Of a stretch of DNA of 27,275 nt, positions 22,905 to 27,275 are shown one piece after another (position 1 is the first letter of the stretch; each line of letters starts with the position of its first letter). The stretch lies in assembly GCA_029263635.1 (NCBI GenBank), contig JAJUFY010000001.1, forward strand, positions 1 through 27,275. The letters are read 5' to 3'. Both the position numbers and the translations under genes were made by a program. The notes below the pieces were generated by a model. It made no database searches, was not told the origin of the DNA, and was given only the letters and a program-made list of their open reading frames with translations. The stretch is from Ectothiorhodospiraceae bacterium (GTDB lineage Bacteria > Pseudomonadota > Gammaproteobacteria > Nitrococcales > AK92).

Positions 22905-23203
22905 CGGCTTCGTCTCCTGACTCGACGCAGAACCGCGGTGGTTCTTCGCGCCGTCGCCAGGCAGTCTAGGAAGCCGGCAGAACGCTAAACGTGGGGTGGT
23001 TCACGGTTCGGGAAGTGCCCGCGTGATACAGGTCACAGCCTGGCCAGTACGCCTGTCGTAAAGGCTTTCCGGGCCGGCCAGGGCCGGCAAATCGCCCTGC
23101 GGTCGGTCGGTGCTGCAGTTCCTGCGGCGGGCAGTGCGGTCACCGGCGTATACTGTCGCAACGAACGGGCCCAACTCTTCAATCTTCGTGTCTGGAAGAG
23201 CCG

Positions 23204-24148
23204 ATGCTGACCGCCTTCACCCTCAAGAACGGGATCCTGGAACAGGTCAACAGTGACGATCCGGCGCAGCTCGCGCAGGCGACCTGGATCGATCTCACCA
23301 ATCCCGACGACAACGAGCGCCACCGGGTGCAGGCCATGTATCGGCAGGATCTGCCGGACGTCGACGAGATGGAGGAGATCGAGGCCAGCGCCCGCTCCTA
23401 TGAGGACGAGAGCGGCCTGCACATCCACTCGCTGTTCCTGCAGGAGATCGAAGGCCGCACCGTCAACGCCACGGTCGCCTTTACCCTGAGCGGCAAGCGG
23501 CTGTTCACCCTGCACGAGCACAGCCTTGCCGTGTTCCGGCTGGTGCGGCTGCGGGCGCGGCGGGAGCCGGACCTGGTGACGGACGCGGTGTCGCTGCTGC
23601 TGGCGCTGTTCGAGACCAAGATCGAGAACCTGGCCGACCGCCTGGAGCGGGTCCATACCAGCCTGGAGACCGTCAGCGAGATGGTGCTGGCGGACAAGAA
23701 CGTCGACCTGGAAGAGGCGATCGACGAGCTCACCCGCCAGGAAGACATCAACGGCAAGATCCGGCTGTGCCTGATGGACACCCAGCGCGCGCTGACCTTC
23801 CTGCTGCGCCGTGGCCGGCTGGACGCCGAGCAGCGCGAATGGGGCCGCGAGATCCTGCGCGACGTCGACTCGCTGCTGCCGCACAACACCTTTCTGTTCG
23901 AGAAGGTCAACTTCCTGATGGATGCGGCCATGGGCTTCATCAACATCCAGCAGAACCAGATCATCAAGATCTTCTCGATTGCCGCGGTGGTATTCCTGCC
24001 GCCGACCATGATCGCCAGCATCTACGGCATGAACTTCCGCTTCATGCCGGAACTGGACTGGCTGTTCGGCTACCCTATGGCGCTGGGGCTGATGGTCGCC
24101 TCCGGCGTTGCCCCCTACCTCTACTTCAAGCGCCGCGGCTGGCTGTAG
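23204..24148 (+). CDS. corA: Magnesium/cobalt transporter CorA
   Basis: MLTAFTLKNG start, WIDL, ELEASAR-like EIEASARSYED, NQIIKIFSI and the signature YGMNF. Confidence 0.96.
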   Translation: MLTAFTLKNGILEQVNSDDPAQLAQATWIDLTNPDDNERHRVQAMYRQDLPDVDEMEEIEASARSYEDESGLHIHSLFLQEIEGRTVNATVAFTLSGKRLFTLHEHSLAVFRLVRLRARREPDLVTDAVSLLLALFETKIENLADRLERVHTSLETVSEMVLADKNVDLEEAIDELTRQEDINGKIRLCLMDTQRALTFLLRRGRLDAEQREWGREILRDVDSLLPHNTFLFEKVNFLMDAAMGFINIQQNQIIKIFSIAAVVFLPPTMIASIYGMNFRFMPELDWLFGYPMALGLMVASGVAPYLYFKRRGWL

Positions 24149-24151
24149 CGC

Positions 24152-24541
24152 ATGGGCCTCGTCAGCCTCGCGGGCATCGGCCTCGGCGCCGCCCTGGGCG
24201 CCTGGCTGCGCTGGCTGCTCGGCCTCTGGCTGAACCCGCTGCTGCCCACGCTGCCGCTCGGCACTCTGGCCGCCAACCTGCTCGGCGGTTACCTGATGGG
24301 CCTGGCCATGGCCTGGCTGCTCCCGCACCCGGCGGTGCCCGACGCGCTGCGGCTGGCGCTGATCACCGGCTTCCTCGGCGCCCTCACCACCTTCTCGGCC
24401 TTCTCCGCCGAAGCCGTCACCCTGCTCGGCCGCGGCGCCTGGCTGTGGTTCATCGCCCATGCCGGCGCGCACCTGATCGGCGCGCTGGCCATGACGACGC
24501 TGGGAGCGGCGACCGTGCAGTGCTTGCAGCGCGGCTGGTAG
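24152..24541 (+). CDS. crcB: Fluoride channel Fluc/CrcB
   Basis: Motifs GAALGAWLRW, PLGTLAANLLG and TGFLGALTTFSAFS. Confidence 0.94.
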   Translation: MGLVSLAGIGLGAALGAWLRWLLGLWLNPLLPTLPLGTLAANLLGGYLMGLAMAWLLPHPAVPDALRLALITGFLGALTTFSAFSAEAVTLLGRGAWLWFIAHAGAHLIGALAMTTLGAATVQCLQRGW

Positions 24542-24711
24542 CGTCGGCCAGCGGCCGCCGGCTCGGCGCTTGCCGAGCGCAAGCCGACGCGCCGCGGTTG
24601 CCACCCCATCGTCAGGCACAATAATCATTAGCAACCGGGCCGGATATTCCGGCCATCGCGGCCGACAATTCCGCTGCACGGCCCGAGGTCTGCCACCGAT
24701 ACGAGGACGCC

Positions 24712-25671
24712 ATGCACCACCAGAACTACCGCATCACGGTCGACGACGGCGCTTCACTGCAGGTCTACCAATGGCTGCCCGAAGGCCGGCCGCGGGCGGC
24801 GGTGCAGATCGTCCACGGCATTTCCGAACGGGCTGCACGCTACGACGAAGTCGCCAGGGCGCTGACTGCCGCCGGCTGTGCCGTGTACGCCCACGACCAG
24901 CGCGGCCACGGCCTGACCGCGGAGCCGGAGACGCTGGGCTATGTCGCCGCCTCCGGCGGCTGGCGGCGGCTGCTGGACGACATCCTGGCGGTCCACTGCC
25001 ACATCGCCGAACGGCAGCCCGGGCAGCGCCATATTCTGATCGGCCACAGCATGGGCTCCATGCTCGCCCAGCAGTTCGCCATCGAACAGGGCAGGCTGCT
25101 GGACGGCCTGGTACTCAGCGGCACCGCCTTCCGCACCGATCCCCTGCCGGCCATCGGCAGCGTGCTGGCCGACCTGATCGCCCGCCTGCGCGGCCCGGCC
25201 TATCGCAGCACCCTGCTGGACTTCCTCTCGACCGGCTTGCTGCGGCTCGCCATCCGCAACCGCCGCACCCCCTGCGACTGGCTGAGCCGCGACCCGGCGA
25301 TAGTGGATGCCTATATCGCCGATCCGCTGTGCGGCGGCGTGCCGTCGGTGTCATTGTGGGGGGAGGTCTACCGCGGCCTGCGCTTCATCGCCCGGCGCGA
25401 GCAGCAGGCCCGGATTCCGCGCAGCCTGCCCATCCTGCTGCTCGCCGGCGGCGCCGACCCACTCAGCGGCGGCGGCAAGGCCGTGCAGCGGCTGGCGGCG
25501 CGCTATCGGGCCCTGGGCATTGCCGACGTCCGCTGCGTGATCTATCCCGGCGCCCGGCACGAAGTGTTCAACGAGATCAACCGCCAGCAGGTCTACGACG
25601 ACCTGCGCGACTGGCTGGAACTGCAGCTCGCATCAGCGCCGGCAGGCATGCCGCTGGAGGCCGGCGCCTAG
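24712..25671 (+). CDS. Alpha/beta hydrolase, lysophospholipase/monoglyceride lipase-like
   Basis: Motifs IVHGISE..RY, DQRGHG, nucleophile GHSMG, LSRDP and GARHEVFNE. Confidence 0.9.
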   Translation: MHHQNYRITVDDGASLQVYQWLPEGRPRAAVQIVHGISERAARYDEVARALTAAGCAVYAHDQRGHGLTAEPETLGYVAASGGWRRLLDDILAVHCHIAERQPGQRHILIGHSMGSMLAQQFAIEQGRLLDGLVLSGTAFRTDPLPAIGSVLADLIARLRGPAYRSTLLDFLSTGLLRLAIRNRRTPCDWLSRDPAIVDAYIADPLCGGVPSVSLWGEVYRGLRFIARREQQARIPRSLPILLLAGGADPLSGGGKAVQRLAARYRALGIADVRCVIYPGARHEVFNEINRQQVYDDLRDWLELQLASAPAGMPLEAGA

Positions 25672-25795
25672 CGCTGCCGCCCCCGCCATTGCCGCTTGTG
25701 TTCGGGCGCTATCTTATTGACACTGAACGCCCACTTGCATTGCCACCGGCAGCGCGGCAAGCTCGCGCCGCCATCGTTGACAGAGGAGACCGGCA

Positions 25796-27106
25796 GTGGC
25801 TCAACGCCCCCGCAAGCGCGCCTCGAACGGAGACAGGATCGCCGTGGTCGGCGGTCTGCGCACGCCGTTCGCCCGTCAGCTCACCGCCTACAAGGACACC
25901 AACGCCATCGAGCTCGGCATCATGGTGGTCAGCGAGCTGGTGGCCCGCCTGGACATCGACCCGGCGCTGATCGAGCGGCTGGTGTACGGCCAGGTCGGCA
26001 TCCTGCCGGAAGCGCCCAATATCGCCCGTGAGGTGGTGATCGGCTCGGGCCTGCCGCTCACCACGGACGCCTACAGCATCTCGCGCGCCTGCGCCACCAG
26101 CTTCCAGACCACCGCCGATGTCGCCAATGCCATCCGGGTGGGAGACATCGAGATCGGCATTGCCGGCGGCGCCGACTCGGCCTCGGTGCTGCCGATCCAG
26201 GTCTCCAAGAAGCTGGCCCGGGCGCTGATCCATTCCACCAAGGCCAAGAGTCCCGTGGACAAGCTCAAGCTGTTCCGGGGCCTTACCTACAAGGATCTCT
26301 CGCCCAAGGCGCCGGCGGTGAAGGACTATTCCACCGACCTCTCCATGGGCGACATCGCCGAGCAGATGGCCAAGGACTGGGGCGTCACCCGCGAGGAACA
26401 GGACGCCTTCGCGCTGCGCTCGCACCAGCGGGCGCACCAGGCCTGGGAAGAGGGCAAGCTGCGCGACGAAGTGATGATCGCCTTCGCCGGCTCGGACCAG
26501 GCGCCGCTGGAGCGCGACAACAACATCCGCCCGGACTCGACGCTAGAGCAGCTCGCCAGGCTGCCGGCGGCCTTCGACAAGGCCCACGGCACCGTCACCG
26601 CCGCCAACTCGACGCCGCTCACCGACGGCGCCTCGGCGCTGCTGCTGATGAAGGAAAGCCGCGCCCGCGAGCTGGGCTTCGAGCCGCTGGGCTATATCCG
26701 CTCGCATGCCTTCCGCGCCATCGATCCGTTCAAGGACGGCCTGATGGGCCCGTCGCACGTCACCCCGGTCGCACTGGAGCGGGCCGGAGCGACGCTTGCC
26801 GACATGGCCCTGATCGACATCCACGAGGCGTTCGCCGCGCAGACGCTGGCCAACATCCGCCAGTGGGGCTCCAAGACCTTCGCGCAGGACGTGCTCGGCC
26901 GTGACGATCCGATCGGCGAGGTCGACGAGGACAAGCTCAACGTGCTGGGCGGCTCGCTGGCCTACGGCCACCCGTTCGCCGCCACCGGCGGCCGCATGAT
27001 CGTGCAGACGCTCAACGAGCTGCGCCGCCGCGGCGGCGGGCTGGCGCTGGTGACGGCCTGCGCGGCCGGCGGCCTCGGCGCGGCCATGGTGCTGGAGGTG
27101 GCCTGA
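25796..27106 (+). CDS. fadI: Acetyl-CoA C-acyltransferase (thiolase) FadI
   Basis: Motifs [18 protein letters not shown] (catalytic Cys), [17 protein letters not shown] and TACAAGG; followed by a FadJ-like gene. Confidence 0.93.
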   Translation: MAQRPRKRASNGDRIAVVGGLRTPFARQLTAYKDTNAIELGIMVVSELVARLDIDPALIERLVYGQVGILPEAPNIAREVVIGSGLPLTTDAYSISRACATSFQTTADVANAIRVGDIEIGIAGGADSASVLPIQVSKKLARALIHSTKAKSPVDKLKLFRGLTYKDLSPKAPAVKDYSTDLSMGDIAEQMAKDWGVTREEQDAFALRSHQRAHQAWEEGKLRDEVMIAFAGSDQAPLERDNNIRPDSTLEQLARLPAAFDKAHGTVTAANSTPLTDGASALLLMKESRARELGFEPLGYIRSHAFRAIDPFKDGLMGPSHVTPVALERAGATLADMALIDIHEAFAAQTLANIRQWGSKTFAQDVLGRDDPIGEVDEDKLNVLGGSLAYGHPFAATGGRMIVQTLNELRRRGGGLALVTACAAGGLGAAMVLEVA

Positions 27107-27275
27107 TGGCGGAGAATGGGATTTCGATGACGGACAAGACCAACCAGGTGTTCCAGCTGCAGATCGGCGACGACGGCATCGCGGTTATCACCATCGACGT
27201 GCCCGGCGAGGCGCAGAACACGCTCAAGGCCGAGTACACCGAGCAGGCAAACGGCCTGCTCGACCAGCTGGAGCA
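27106..27275 (+). CDS. fadJ: Fatty acid oxidation complex alpha subunit FadJ, 5' fragment (truncated by window edge)
   Basis: TGATG overlap with fadI; translation includes DDGIAVITIDVPGEAQNTLKAE. An alternative in-frame ATG lies at 27127. Confidence 0.85.
   Translation, partial: MAENGISMTDKTNQVFQLQIGDDGIAVITIDVPGEAQNTLKAEYTEQANGLLDQLE

Noticed and set aside
24541-24600. Nested GC-rich hairpins after crcB; considered as a fluoride riboswitch or terminator
   Set aside because: It lies downstream of crcB, lacks the fluoride aptamer consensus and has no U-tract.

Overview
A high-GC window, most likely from a Gammaproteobacterium (inferred from gltB-gltD-hemE order, P. aeruginosa-type hemB and fadI-fadJ). 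It is mostly housekeeping genes: gltBD, hemE, a NUDIX hydrolase, hemB, a DUF47-PiT pair, aroE, sixA, marC, a rhomboid, ycgL, opgG-opgH, corA, crcB and fadIJ. I saw no rRNA, tRNA, CRISPR array or mobile element. Five observations stand out. (1) An AT-rich divergent promoter at ~12.6-12.8 kb has a sigma-54 -24/-12 element, an exact IHF consensus at about -44 to -56 and two related 18-bp sites. It drives an unannotated 68-aa CxxC/CxxC protein, and a third copy of the 18-bp motif lies upstream of opgG. (2) OpgH appears split, with its N-terminal cytoplasmic domain as a separate, translationally coupled 132-aa gene. (3) HemB has Asn instead of one of its two conserved Schiff-base lysines. (4) An uncharacterised, tightly coupled three-gene envelope operon encodes two small secreted proteins and a ~540-aa beta-barrel-like protein. 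(5) That operon is followed by a structured ~170-nt 3' region ending in a strong terminator. Family assignments come from motif recognition and memory of reference proteins; no database searches were run.
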